Positions 48,101-60,639 of a DNA stretch of 64,000 bases are shown here, one piece after another. The notes under the pieces are model-generated. The model saw only the letters and a list, made by a program, of their open reading frames with translations, made no database searches and had not been told where the DNA came from. The position numbers and the translations under genes are program-made. The stretch lies in assembly GCA_047967505.1 (NCBI GenBank), contig CM106538.1; one strand, given 5' to 3'. The DNA comes from Dipteris shenzhenensis (Eukaryota). How positions within the stretch are numbered: position 1 is the stretch's first letter; every line of letters begins with the position of its first letter.

Positions 48101-50838
48101 AGAAAGGGTATAGATGCTATAACCCTTCTACACGTAAGTTCACAGTGAGTAGAGATGTTGTTTTTGATGAGATGAGCAGCTGGTATAAACCAGTAAATGT
48201 GATGATTGATGTAGATGCACAAAATGGTAATGCTGCATAGAATGCACAGTAGCAATCACAAAATATCAGTGGACCTGGAGTGTCCTCTACCAGTGGTTCA
48301 CATACTTCGCCATGGACAGGCAGATTGAGATCAGGAGAATCCCCTCAAAGCAATGAAGAGAGTGGTACGCAGGTATCACGAAAAGGAAAAGAGAAGGTAG
48401 ATCAGCCCATGTATGATGTGAATGCAGGTCACTCTTGTGTGGATGGTGAATCCAGTGGCTCAGAACAGAGCATTGATGATGAGTCGGGTATTCCTTCTGT
48501 TGTTACACCTGGAGTAAGGAAGACCAGGGATGTTTTGAGAGCACCTGGAAGTGAGCCTATTTTGCGCAGGTCTACCAGGGTTAGGTATCCTGTGGATAGG
48601 CTGAAATATGATGGATTTACAGCCATTCACTATGCCTATATGGTCAAAGTGATACAGGAACCAGAACCCACTTCTTTTGAGCAAGCCATGGGTGGTTCAC
48701 ATACTTTGCCATGGACAGGAAGATTGAGATCAGGAGGATCTCCTCAAAGCAATTCAAATAGTGGTATGCAAGTATCACAAAAAGGAAAAGAGAAAGTAGA
48801 TCAGCCCATGTTTGATGTGAATGCACGTCACTCTTATGTGGATGGTGAATCCAGTGGCTCAAAACAGAGCCTTGATGATGAGTTGGGTATTCCTTCTATT
48901 GTTACACCTAGAGTAAGGAAGACAAGGGATGTTTTGAGAGCACCTCGTAGTGATCCTATTTTGCGCAGGTCTACCAGAGTTAAGTAGGATAAGCCATGGA
49001 TGAAGAAATGGATGCCTTGGATGCTAATGCTACATGGGAATTGGTGCCTTTGCCTAAAGGCAAGAATGCAATTGGTTGTAAGTGGGTTTATAAGATCAAG
49101 CACAATGCAGATGGTTCTGTGAATAGATACAAGGCAAGATTAGTTGTCAAGGGGTATGCACAGACATATGGCATTGATTATGAAGAAACTTTCAGCCCGG
49201 TTGCAAGGATGGCAACCGTAAGAGCAGCCATTGCTATGGCTGCATCAAAGGGATGGTCTTTACATCAGATGGATGTAAAGAATGCCTTCTGGCATGGTGA
49301 TTTGCAAGAAGAGGTCTTTATGGAGCAACTAGCAGGTTATGTTCATGCTATTCATCCCGAGTTTGTTTGCAGGTTGAAGAAAGCCTTGTATGGCTTGAAG
49401 CAAGCACCTAGAGCATGGTCTGACAAGATAGGGCAGTATCTTGTCACTACTGGCTTTCAGATTTCCAAGGCAGATTTCTCACTCTATGTGAGAAAAACAG
49501 AGAAAGGGATTATGCTGCTGGTCATTTATGTTGATGATTTGATTATCACAGGTGATAGTGATGAAGATATCCTTCATGTGAAAATGCTATTGAGGCAGAA
49601 GTTTGAGATGAAGGATTTGGGAGAGCTGCGTTATTTCTTGGGCATTGAGGTGATTAGATCACCAAGTGGGATACAGCTCTTGCAGAGGCAGTATGGATTG
49701 GACATGCTGTCCAAATATGGGATGATAGGCTATAAGCCTATTTCAGTTCCTTTGGAGCAGAATGTGAAGCTGAGCGCAGATGCAGGTGAGCTTCTGGAAG
49801 ACCCTACTATGTACAGACGCATAGTAGGAAGTTTGATTTACATGACTATTACTAGGCCAGATTTGAGCTATGCTGTTGGGTTGGTAAGTCAGTTTATGCA
49901 GGCTCCAAGGAAACCGCATTTGGATGCGGCTAGACGCATACTCAGGTATGTGAAGTCCACATTGCAGTATGGACTATTTTATGAGGCTGGAGTTCAGATA
50001 CAGTTGCATGGATACACTGATGCTGATTGGGCTGGTAGTATTTCTGATAGACGATCTACTAGTGGGTATGTGTTCTCTTTTGGGAGTGCTGCAGTTACTT
50101 GGAGCAGCAAGAAACAGCCTACAGTTGCCTTGTCGAGCATAGAGGCTGAGTACAGGGGTGCAGCAATGGCTGCATGTGAGGTAGCTTGGTTGCATAAGCT
50201 ACTCTATGATATGCATCAGTCTACAGATGGGCCAGTTGTCATTTATTGTGACAACATGAGCAGCATACACTTGGCAAAGAACCCAGTCTTTCATGCTAGA
50301 ACAAAGCACATTGAGGTGCATTATCACTATGTGCGGGAGAAGGTTTTACTAGGTCTTATTGATCTAGTTTATGTCAGCACAGAGGATCAGGTAGCTGACA
50401 TATTCACGAAAGCATTGGGCGCAGAGAAGCTGCGCAAGTTCAGAGACCTGCTTGGTGTGCAGGAATTGGGATTATGCTCCAGGGGGAGTGTTGAGATATC
50501 GAGCTCCACTCGCGATATGCCAGGGTGACCGTTGTGTATTTATGTCACCGACTTGTTAGCTGGAGATGCGGTTGGTACACCGCCCACGAATAATAGCTGG
50601 ATGACAGCTATCCTTATCTACTCTAGTTTGTGGCTCAGTTAGTATGCCACCTTAGTTAGTTGAGTTTGGTTTGAGACCCACATATAGGGTTCTTCTATTT
50701 CTTTGTACGAGAGTTCTTTTGGCTTACACAACTAAGAAGAGGAAAACTATTTTCAGCCTCCACCTTTGTGTACTCTCCCATTGTGCATGTGAGAAAGCCG
50801 CAAGCGAGTCTCCTTCCCTCTCTCCCACTATCTTCACA
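45179..50838 (+). mobile_element. Full-length Ty1/copia family A element (copy A1, youngest); 350-bp LTRs 45179-45528 and 50489-50838; TSD ATCTA
   Basis: LTRs differ at ~4 positions by eye. PBS TGGTATCAGAGC at 45529, PPT AGGGGGAG at 50481, and ATCTA at 45174-45178 and 50839-50843. Confidence 0.97.
46073..50528 (+). pseudogene. gag-pol of copia A1 with a 190-bp gag deletion, stops near 48240 and an internal ~290-bp duplication; RT-RH ORF 48996-50528 open
   Basis: Same motifs as A2. Lesions were identified by comparison with A2. Confidence 0.92.
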
Positions 50839-50843
50839 ATCTA

Positions 50844-51950
50844 CTTGTCCATAACCAACATGTGGAGGAAGGTATGCAAAGATGGCTCCAAGACCTTGCT
50901 CTTGGGTATGAGTTGGTAGGATGCAGTGCATAGCCTGTGAAGTATTCTCTAGAAGAGGATGCATGCATGAATATCTCCATCAAGGCATCAGCTAATTCCA
51001 TTGATAGTGAGCCAAGGTTATATCACAAGGTTGTCTCTTCAAGCCACTTTGTCTTGGTTCCATCAGAAGGGAACGAAGCAGTTGGAAAATTGGTCTTTCT
51101 ATCAATGGAATATGCCCTATGCATGCAAATTTCAACTTGCCTTGAAGGTATGGAGATATAGCACCATTACTAGACAATTGTATTAAAAACTAGCTAATGG
51201 AATACTTAGCCTACGGGTCTTGGATTATGAGAAACCCATTATGCACAAAAAGGTACATCAAGTAACCCTAAGAAGACACTTTGGAGCCAAGCTTACTACC
51301 AAGAAGGTTCTCTAAGAAGGCGTCTAGTGGGGCATGCTACTTCAAGATTCCCATCAGTAGTGTAGGATTTGTGATGTTCACCAAAGAATAGGATGACCTT
51401 ACCTGACAATCACATGCCACCAAAGCTAAGAAGACTAGAGGAAGCATTTCAAAGGTGGGTATTCGACTCCATCAGACTATTTAAGCAAGTCATCCAATCT
51501 ACCCAAAATAAGGAGATATTGTAGTCATCGACTATGCCACTCAATGGGCAAAAGCTAAGGCTTTGCAAAATAATACATAAGAATCATCATAGTTCAGCTA
51601 GTATTTGAAAGCTTCATTAGTGACCAAGGACCCCATTTTATAACCTAAATGTTCTCAGTCCTCACACAAGACTTCATGAGAATGCATTGAGTGGCTACTA
51701 TCTATCACCCTCAATGCAATAGGAAGCCTTAGTCAACCAACAATTGCTTAGGTCCTTACTAAGGCGTTCAATCTCAAAAGAACAAATTGGAACTTCAAGC
51801 TAGATTTTGTATTATGGAAATATCACATAGCTTACAAATTGATCGCCTTGCTAACTCCCTTCAAATGACACATAAGATAAAGGCAATAGTAGCATTATAA
51901 TTTCCTAACCTTAAGCCTTTGGATAGGGGTCAACTACAAACTTGAGGCAG
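50844..51950 (+). pseudogene. Decayed Ty3/gypsy pol relic (integrase zinc finger and core)
   Basis: HFGAKLTTKKVL*EGV*W...DSHQ*CRICDVHQRIG, VVIDYATQWAKAKAL and YHPQCN-like segments, with many stops. Confidence 0.65.
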
Positions 51951-53935
51951 TTGTGGGAAACTTCTCCTATCCTTGCCAATAATGCCCTCATCGATAGTAG
52001 CAAGACCTCCTCTCCTGTGCTGGCATTCAGCTGCTCGATCTCCCTTTCAATAACCTCACCGGTAGCCTTCCTCACGATTTCTTCTCCAATTGTGGCAGTC
52101 TCCAGATGCTTAATCTCTCGGACTAATCACTTGGCTGGCTCCTTGCCATCTGGAATCGGTCAGCATTAATCCCTTCAAACATTAAATTGGGCGTAGAGGT
52201 AGAAGGAGGAACAGATTAGAAGCTGGTAGTGGAGATGCCTTTGGTTGTAAAGGAGTGTTGTCAGCTCTTTGTATGGCAACAAGGAACCAAACGATGGAGG
52301 TACAAAAAACGGCTCCACTCTTCAAGCTTTGTTATGGAAAAGGCCACCATTGCTGTAATGGAAGGCGAGGGGAAGGCAACAAAATGGAGGGGGGGAAGCA
52401 AGAATGCCACGCAAGTGATTCTTGAACTGGCAGTGAAGAAGGAGGTTGAGTGAAGCTAAGCTGGTGGGAAGCTTGCGAGGAGGAGGAGGAGGAAGCTTGA
52501 AGAACCCGAAGGAGCGAAGCAAGCAAAGAAGGATGAAGATAAATCTCAAGGACGAATTAGACGCTGGCAACGAGTAAGAGGAGTGGAAAGAAAGCTGAAG
52601 CTATTTGGGAACACAAATTCAAGAGGGCATGGACATCCTCTATAGACATGAGACGTGCATGCCCATCCGTGACCCTGCCAATTGCTAGGATGTTGCTAGC
52701 TAGCGTTTCTTCATGGAAAAACTTTGTCCACATCGTGGACCATCTGACCAGCTCGTTTCCCCCGCCATCGATCATGAGAAATCCCTTGTCACCCCTTGGT
52801 CACGAGGGAGGGTGCACCACTTGATTTTAATGTTATCTTGGTGGAGTCTTGGTGCCCAAGGCTACAAGTGATGGTCATTTCCTTCCTAAATTGCTTTCTG
52901 CTCAACCGAACGTGAGTAGCCTAAGAGGAGAGACAATTAAGAATGTATTCCAATACCTTTCCAACAACTAGTATTCTGTGTGAGAGATGGCCTCCCCCAA
53001 AGCCTTCTAGGCGCTATTTCTCTATCAGGCAACCCTTCTAGACAAGTTCATTGTAGAACCAGACCTAGAGAAGCAGGAGAAATCAAGCTACAAGGAGGAC
53101 GACATGCTTCGAAATTGGGTGTGCAACATGCAGCAGGCAAAGAGGGTTATCGTTTTTCCGGTTACATTGATGCAACTATGAGGCTTATAACATATGTTTT
53201 TGTGTAGGACATGGCATACACTTACTGGAAACAACTCGTTCAGCGTAGCGAATGTTGGCATCTAATAGCAGGATACAACCTTCTGACAGACCTAGACGTA
53301 CCATAGAACTGAGAGACCTTTACACCAAGCAATTACATGACATTTCACTATTGCTTATTAGATAAGGCCCCGTTTGAAATGGGACCACATCTGAAACCCA
53401 ATGAATTACTGTCTACTGTGTAGATTGGGTTACTATGACTAATGCCTTCGTTCTTATAAGCACCGACCGACTTCGAGATCCTACCACCAATGTTTATTTG
53501 TTGCACAAAGAACCATTAAACGTAAGGAGGACCTCGCGACTTTGAGACTACCAATCATTTGAAAGACAATAGACCTTCACAAAGACCCAAAACACTCGAG
53601 CAATAGAATGCATCAAGAAGGAGTTCATGTTATGCATGCATTCTTTGCTCTCGACAGGAAATCATGAGCGGCGAACTACTATGCTATGCACATCACACTT
53701 CTCTCCTTCTGCGATCATCAACCACGGTCGGAAGGAGCCTCCTCACACTCTCCTTTGCAAATGAGTGATACCTTCTCGCCAAGTATCCCTAGTTGCATAC
53801 TGTGACAATTTGCACCTCCTTGTGCTTCTGAATTTGACGGGCTCCTAAGGTTCAAACATGATCATCCTGACCATTGGCACCCAACATTCGGGTCGATTGA
53901 TTGTTGCCATGATCTTTGAGTACATTGTTTGCACC

Positions 53936-56900
53936 ATGTCGACTAGCAACCTCAATCTGGAGGCATCTGCTAAGTTAGACAACTCCAATTACGGTACATG
54001 GAAATACCGAATGGAGACCATTCTTGTGCTTCAGGACAAATGGGAGTATGTCGATGGATCCATACCTAGACCATTGGCCGATCCAGCCACTAGTAGCTCT
54101 ACTCCATCTGTTGTCATAGCACCAGCAACGGGATCTACATCGGGATCTACATCTACACAAACAGTTTTCGCACCAGTAGCAGATCCTGCCATTGCCCGAG
54201 CTCAAGCAGAATGGGGTAAGAAAGACAAGTATGCCTATCACCTGATCAAGCAGAATGTGCAAGATGTCATGCTAGGACAGCTCAACACAGTCAAGACATC
54301 AAAAGAAGCATGGGATATGTTCGCAGCTCTCTACGAGTCCAAGAACACATCCAGGATTCTCACCCTGAGAAACCAGATCAACCAGAGTTTCTGCAATAGC
54401 AATGAAACCGGTCATGCTTATGTACTCCGCATCAAAGACTACAACAATCAACTTGCAGCAGCAGGAGAAACTATGAATCCCGCAGAAATGGTTCAAGTCA
54501 TCCTGAATGGACTAGGAGAAGGATATGAGAATCTGGTCCAGAGTATTGCCATCCAACAGCAAATTCCAACACTTGAAGAACTTCAGTCAGTTCTACTTGG
54601 TGAAGAACTCAGGACTCAGGCCATTCAAGCACGTAAAGGTCATTCTAATGATCAGGCATTCACCGCTTCAGATAGAAGCAGAGGCAAAGGCAGAAACAGA
54701 GGTAGATCATATCAGAAAAGTGGTCATCATCATCAACAAAATCAAAGTCAGAATCAGCATCAGCATCAGCAGCATCCTCAGCAACATCAAAATCAGCAAA
54801 GAGGAAATCATTCCAACCGAGGAAGATTCCAAGGACGAGGGAATGCATCCACCAATGTGTCAAACATTCAATGCAACTATTGTCACAAGTTTGGACACTA
54901 TGAAAGAGATTGCCGCAAGAAGCAGTATGACCAAGGCGATCAATCCAGCAAGGGAATTCCCGAGGAAGAGGAAATCATCGTGGTGGACATTCTAGTCAAA
55001 GTCATTTTGCAAATGAACATGGAAATATGTTTCTTGCAAGTGAGGAATTGCATCAGACTGATACAATGCACCTAGACACTGATTTCAATCCCAAAGAGGA
55101 TTTCAGCTATCAAGTCGACCAAGTGGAACAGGATCCTTGGTACATCGACAGCGGTGCATCATCTCATATGACAAATCATCAGGAATGGTTCACAGAAATG
55201 AAGCCATTAGAAGGTCAAAAGAATGTCATCTACACAGCAGACAATACACCGAATCCGGTTCAAGGGACAGGTGTTATCCCTATGAACAATTTCACTGGTA
55301 CAAAAGGATTAGTCAAAGATGTGCTCTATGTTCCGAAGCTCAGCAAGAACCTTTTGTCAGTAGGTCAAATGACGGAACACAACTACAAAGTCATCTTCGA
55401 CGGTGATGAATGCACTATCAGAGACAAATCCAAAAGAGGTCAGCTAGTAGCAAAAGGTGTCAAGGAAGGACGCTTATACAGGATGCTAGCTACAGTACCA
55501 GATAAGCATGCCATGTCCGCTCAAATGCAACAGATGCCACTATCCGCAAAATGGCACAAGAGATATGGTCATGTCAACTTCAAGTACTTGTTAGATCTCA
55601 GGAATCAAAATATGGCAATTGGGATTCCGAAGCTACAATTTCTTGGAAAAGTTTGTGAAGCATGCTGCTTCGGCAAACAAAAGCGAACCAACTTTGTCAG
55701 AAGTACCTCTCGTGCACGAGGTATTCTTGATTTGATTCATACAGATGTATGGGGTTATGCCCAGACCCGCAGCATCAATGGTTCACTTTATTACTTGACC
55801 TTCATCGATGACTACAGCAGATATTGTTGGGTCTACTTTCTGAAAGAGAAATCTGAAGTGTTTGCCAGATTTCAAGAATTCAAAGCCATGGTAGAAAACC
55901 AGACAGGCAGAAAGATCAAAGTCATGAGATCAGACAGAGGAGGTGAATACATGTCTTCAGCCTTCATCAACTTTTGCAAAACTCACGGTATTCGAAGACA
56001 ATTCACATGTGCAGATACTCCTCAGCAAAATGCAATAGCTGAAAGGAAGAATGGGACTTTAGCAGACAGTGCTCGAGCAATGCTTAGTGAAAAGCATCTT
56101 CCGAATCAGTATTGGGCAGAAGCAATAGCTACAGCTAACTACTTGCTTAATCGGCTTCCTACCGAACCAATACAAGGTATGACTCCTTATGAAGCATTCA
56201 CTGGACACAAGCCACGCATTGGGCATCTCCGCATATTTGGTTGCATAGCATATGCCCACATACATGATGATCATCGCAGGAAATTGGATGTGAAATCACG
56301 CAAATGCATCATGGTTGGCTACAGTGAAGAAAGTAAAGCATACAAATTGTATGATCCCATCAACCGCAAAGTCATTATCTCCAGAGATGTAATCTTCGAT
56401 GAGGAATCAGAATGGAAAACCTCACCTACACAGGAGATAGAAGCATCGACTTCACAGTCATCTACAGAACAGGTTGATGAAGAAGAGCAAGAATTGCCAG
56501 CAACACCCCAAGCAGTGCCACAGCAGCTCAGACGGTCTACTAGGGAAAGCAGACCACCAGCCAGATTGACATATGCTCAGAAAGGCAAAGCAATTCAGGT
56601 GGAAACCACCAACTATGCTCTTATGACTACCATCATGGCTACAGAAGAGCCAGTGTACTTCGAAGACGCAGTAGATAAGCCAGAATGGCAAACTGCTATG
56701 AATGAAGAAATGGATGCTTTGTATAAAAATAACACTTGGGTATTATGCGACCTTCCACCAGGAAAGAAGGCCATAGCCAACAAATGGGTATACAAAGTGA
56801 AGTACAATCCAGATGGCAGTATTCAGAGATACAAAGCCAGATTAGTTGCAAAAGGATTTGCACAACAATATGGCCAAGATTATGATGAGACTTATGCTCC

Positions 56901-58197
56901 AGTAGCAAAGATGGATTCCATACGGTTCTTGATATCACTAGCGACACTCAGTAAATGGAATGTGTATCAGCTCGATGTCAAGAATGCATTTCTCAATGGT
57001 TATCTAGACGAGGAAGTCTACATGCAACAACCAGCCGGTTATGTTGAACCAGGAAAGAAGAACAAGGTTTGCCATCTCAAGAAAAGTCTCTACGGCTTAA
57101 AGCAAGCACCCAGAAGTTGGTACAGCAGAATTGACAAGTATTTTGCTGATCTGGGATACATGAAGTCCAATGCAGATCATACTCTCTACTACAAAGTTCA
57201 AGGGGAAGATATTACTATTGCACTTTTGTACGTAGATGATCTGATTGTGACAGGAAGCAAGGATAGCTTCATCAGAAAATTAAAACAAGACTTATCTGCA
57301 GAGTTCGACATGAAGGATCTTGGACTTATGCACTATTGTCTTGGAATTGAGTTCTGGAGAGATTCCGATAGCACATTCATGAGTCAGCTCAAGTATGTTG
57401 ACAGTCTCCTGAAGAAGTTTCATATGGCCGATTGCAAGATTGCAGCCACTCCCATGGAACAGAGTTTGAAACTTACTAAAGATTCAGAAAAGCCTACAGT
57501 CAATGACAGATACTACAGGCAACTCATTGGATCTCTTATATATCTGACAATCACACGGCCAGATATTTGTTATGCAGTAAGCTCACTAGCACAGTTTATG
57601 GCAATTTCAAAACAGTCTCACTGGAATGCAGCCAAAAGAGTCTTGAGATACATCAGAGGTACAAGACAGTTTGGGATAGAATACAGAGGAAGTCATCCAC
57701 GGTTGCATGGATACTGTGATAGTGACTATGCTGGAGATCATGAGACCAGGAGATCGACACAGGGATATGCATTTTTCCTTGGTCAAGGTGCTATATCATG
57801 GTTGTCAAACAAACAGCCAACTGTTTCTTTGTCTTCAACTGAAGCATAATATAGGGCACTCACTACAGGTGCATGTGAGGCTATATGGCTCAGAAGACTA
57901 TTGTCAGAAACAGATTACTTTGATGAGTCAAAGCCAACAACAATATACTGTGATAATCAATCGGCTCAAGCATTGGCCAAAAATCCAGTATATCACTCCA
58001 GGACAAAGCACATTGATGTCAGAGAACACTTCATCAGAGAAAGAGTGTTACTTGGTGACATCACACTGCAGCATTGTGATAGCAAAGAAAATGTTGCAGA
58101 TATCTTTACCAAACCACTCGGTAAAGAGCTATTCGAGAAACACCGACTAGCTCTTGGTTTGATGCAGAGGAAGGACATTCCCATTAAAGGGGTGTGA
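53936..58197 (+). pseudogene. gag-pol of copia E with one frameshift (~54950) and one stop (57847-57849)
   Basis: KLDNSNYGTWKYRM, CNYCHKFGHYERDC, WYIDSGASSHM, LIHTDVWG, LYVDDL, YCDSDYAGD and YHSRTKHIDVREHFIRE. Confidence 0.92.
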
Positions 58198-58556
58198 TGG
58201 AATGTAATGCTCAGTCCTTCTTCGATTCCCCAGAATCATCATCTTGAGGGAAGGCCTACTTCATGATGTTGATCTTGAGGGAAGGTGTTGAGAGTTCACG
58301 CTCAACATCATGTGATCATGTGTGCATAGCACCATCACGTGATCATGTGTGCATAGCACTAACCTTATAGAGTGCTATAAAGGAAAGAGTTAGATCCCCT
58401 AATCCTAACCCTAAAAGGGTTTGTATATATTCTATTTTTTCAACTAATTCTAGTGTACAGTTAGTCATTTGTGGTGTGCTCTCTAGCTGTGCCCCCTCTC
58501 CTCATCTCCACTCTTCTCCTCTCCCCTCTTCATATTTTGTCATCTCATTTACAACA
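53936..58556 (+). mobile_element. Near-intact Ty1/copia element (family E); putative 3' LTR 58286-58556; no 5' LTR or PBS detected
   Basis: gag-pol followed by purine tracts and TGTTGAGAG...TTTACAACA, which contains a TATA-like element and a pyrimidine-rich R/U5-like part. Confidence 0.85.
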
Positions 58557-60639
58557 AGGTAAGAATTGCTTGGTGGGCTCAATGCAAAGGCTGGATGTTC
58601 CTCTACATTCATCTTCGCCTTGGCCAATGTAGTAGTTCTAGCTTGAGCTACAGATGTCTTTCATTTTGCCCATATGGCATTCGAAAGAGCCTACCTTTCA
58701 TCGGACAATAGAGTCCATCAACTTAGGATAAATAAAATAGCTTTTTGGTTTGCATATAGATCAAAACAAAATCTATTTGTTGCAAGTCTTGTTGCAAAAG
58801 CAAAAAAGGGTCCTGGCCAAAAAAAACCCTTACAATTGTAGCAGGGCATGGCACATCATTGTTGGAACCCTAGGACAGGGACATATAGTATGCCTGTAAA
58901 GAAACTGGAGTTTTTCCTTAGGCATGTATGGCACAAGTTCATTTTGAGCCCTTACGAAATTGGATCCTCCCCATCTAGAGTATTCATCGCTAACATTGAT
59001 TGTTCTAATAACCCCAAGGAGACACACAACAACCATCACATTCAAGTGATGCTTGCCAACATAGATATCCCATTCAAATGTATTGCACTTAAAGTACAGA
59101 ATATCTTTGATTCGATCATATGTTAGGCGATAGAATCCTTCACCTAACTTCTCAACGATACTATGTGTTAAGCTAGGAAAATGCCCATTGAAGCCTTTGC
59201 AAATCATTTTGACCCCAGGCAAGAGCTCAAACAAGTCATAGGAACTTCCCTTCAAATCATCCCAAGTCAATGGCTTCCTAGCAGTAGAATTTACTTAATC
59301 TTATTTGCGTACCATAACATTTGAGTTTCTCGACAGAACTCCAAACCCATGCATCTTTATTTGCTTGCAACAACATTGTGAATGTAAGATTAAATGCCAA
59401 TAGAATAAATCATCCCTGACTACTAGTAATGCAAATATTACAACGTACAGTAACAACAACAAAGTAAAGTTTAAAGCACGAGTGTTATTTGCATCCAGAA
59501 GACATTCTATGATAGTATATTTTATGCTTTTGAAAAGAGCATAGCAAAAAGAGATTCCTTCTTATTAAAAAAGAATAGCCAAAAAAAGGCTTCTTTCTAT
59601 TACATAGAAGCTTCATCAGAGTTGAACTCTACTATAGCAATCTCAATTTTGGAAGCCTAGAATTGGCATGCACTTTACACCATCAAAACAACTGAGCTTC
59701 TCTTTGGGAAAATAGCCAACAAACAAAATTTGGCAATGTACCAAGAAGGGCACATGCCAGCTCATGTACGAGTAATGTACATCGACCCACTTCATGATAC
59801 CCATAGAGCAAATAACGGACATAGCATTTATGTATGGCGCCATTGCTTCACCCCAAGCGACCTCATTGCCATGAATAGACAATCTTTCCTCATTGGACAG
59901 GTATCAAAGATGGGGTGAATCCTCGCTAAGGTAGAGCACTGAAATAAATGAAGCACTTCAGCACGGCCTACCAAATGGATTTGGAGCTTCCATTTGAACC
60001 ATGTTTGCTTGCTGGAAGAACAAAAAAGAATTCAATGCAAGGTACCAATGAACGGGCACTTCAATTCTTTCAACACTTAAGTGGACTTTCCCAAGAACAA
60101 CTCAAAGTATTCCTATGTACTTGAAGAAACACTTCTTATATAAATTCAAAGTCGATTGCAATTCAATCACATAAACTCTAACCCACACCAAATTTCTATT
60201 TCCACTTATGTAGTCCACAGGTAAATCTATATGCAAACAATATGGACCATTACAATAACCAAAAGCATATTAAGGAAAGTACATGGTGGCCACAATGCCT
60301 CACATCGTAGATGCAACCCTATGGCCAATAAAGTATCCTTTCATCCCTCCCCTCTACCCTTTTCTCTCTCATTTTCTCTCTCAAAAGCACATGAAATGCA
60401 TGCATAAAAAGTCTTGCAATTTCAATTGTACACATGTAGATTTTCATTGAAGTACTCCAAGCACCACTCGAGCAAGTACTTGTAAGAATACCCCAAACCA
60501 CACAGAAAATGCAACCCACATATCAATATCACATATGCGAATTGCATGTTTAAGTAAAGCTACAATGATCCTAACCAGAATGCCAACCAAAATATAGCAT
60601 ACAAAACACATGCCCCCCAATTAACTTAACTAGACAAAC

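Noticed and set aside
50489-50528. Family A pol ORF reading through the PPT into the 3' LTR
   Set aside because: Common in copia elements with no 3' spacer, so not informative.
52190-52830. Possible gypsy PBS/gag start on the minus strand (TGGTGCACCCTCC...)
   Set aside because: No tRNA match, partner LTR or gag motif could be confirmed.
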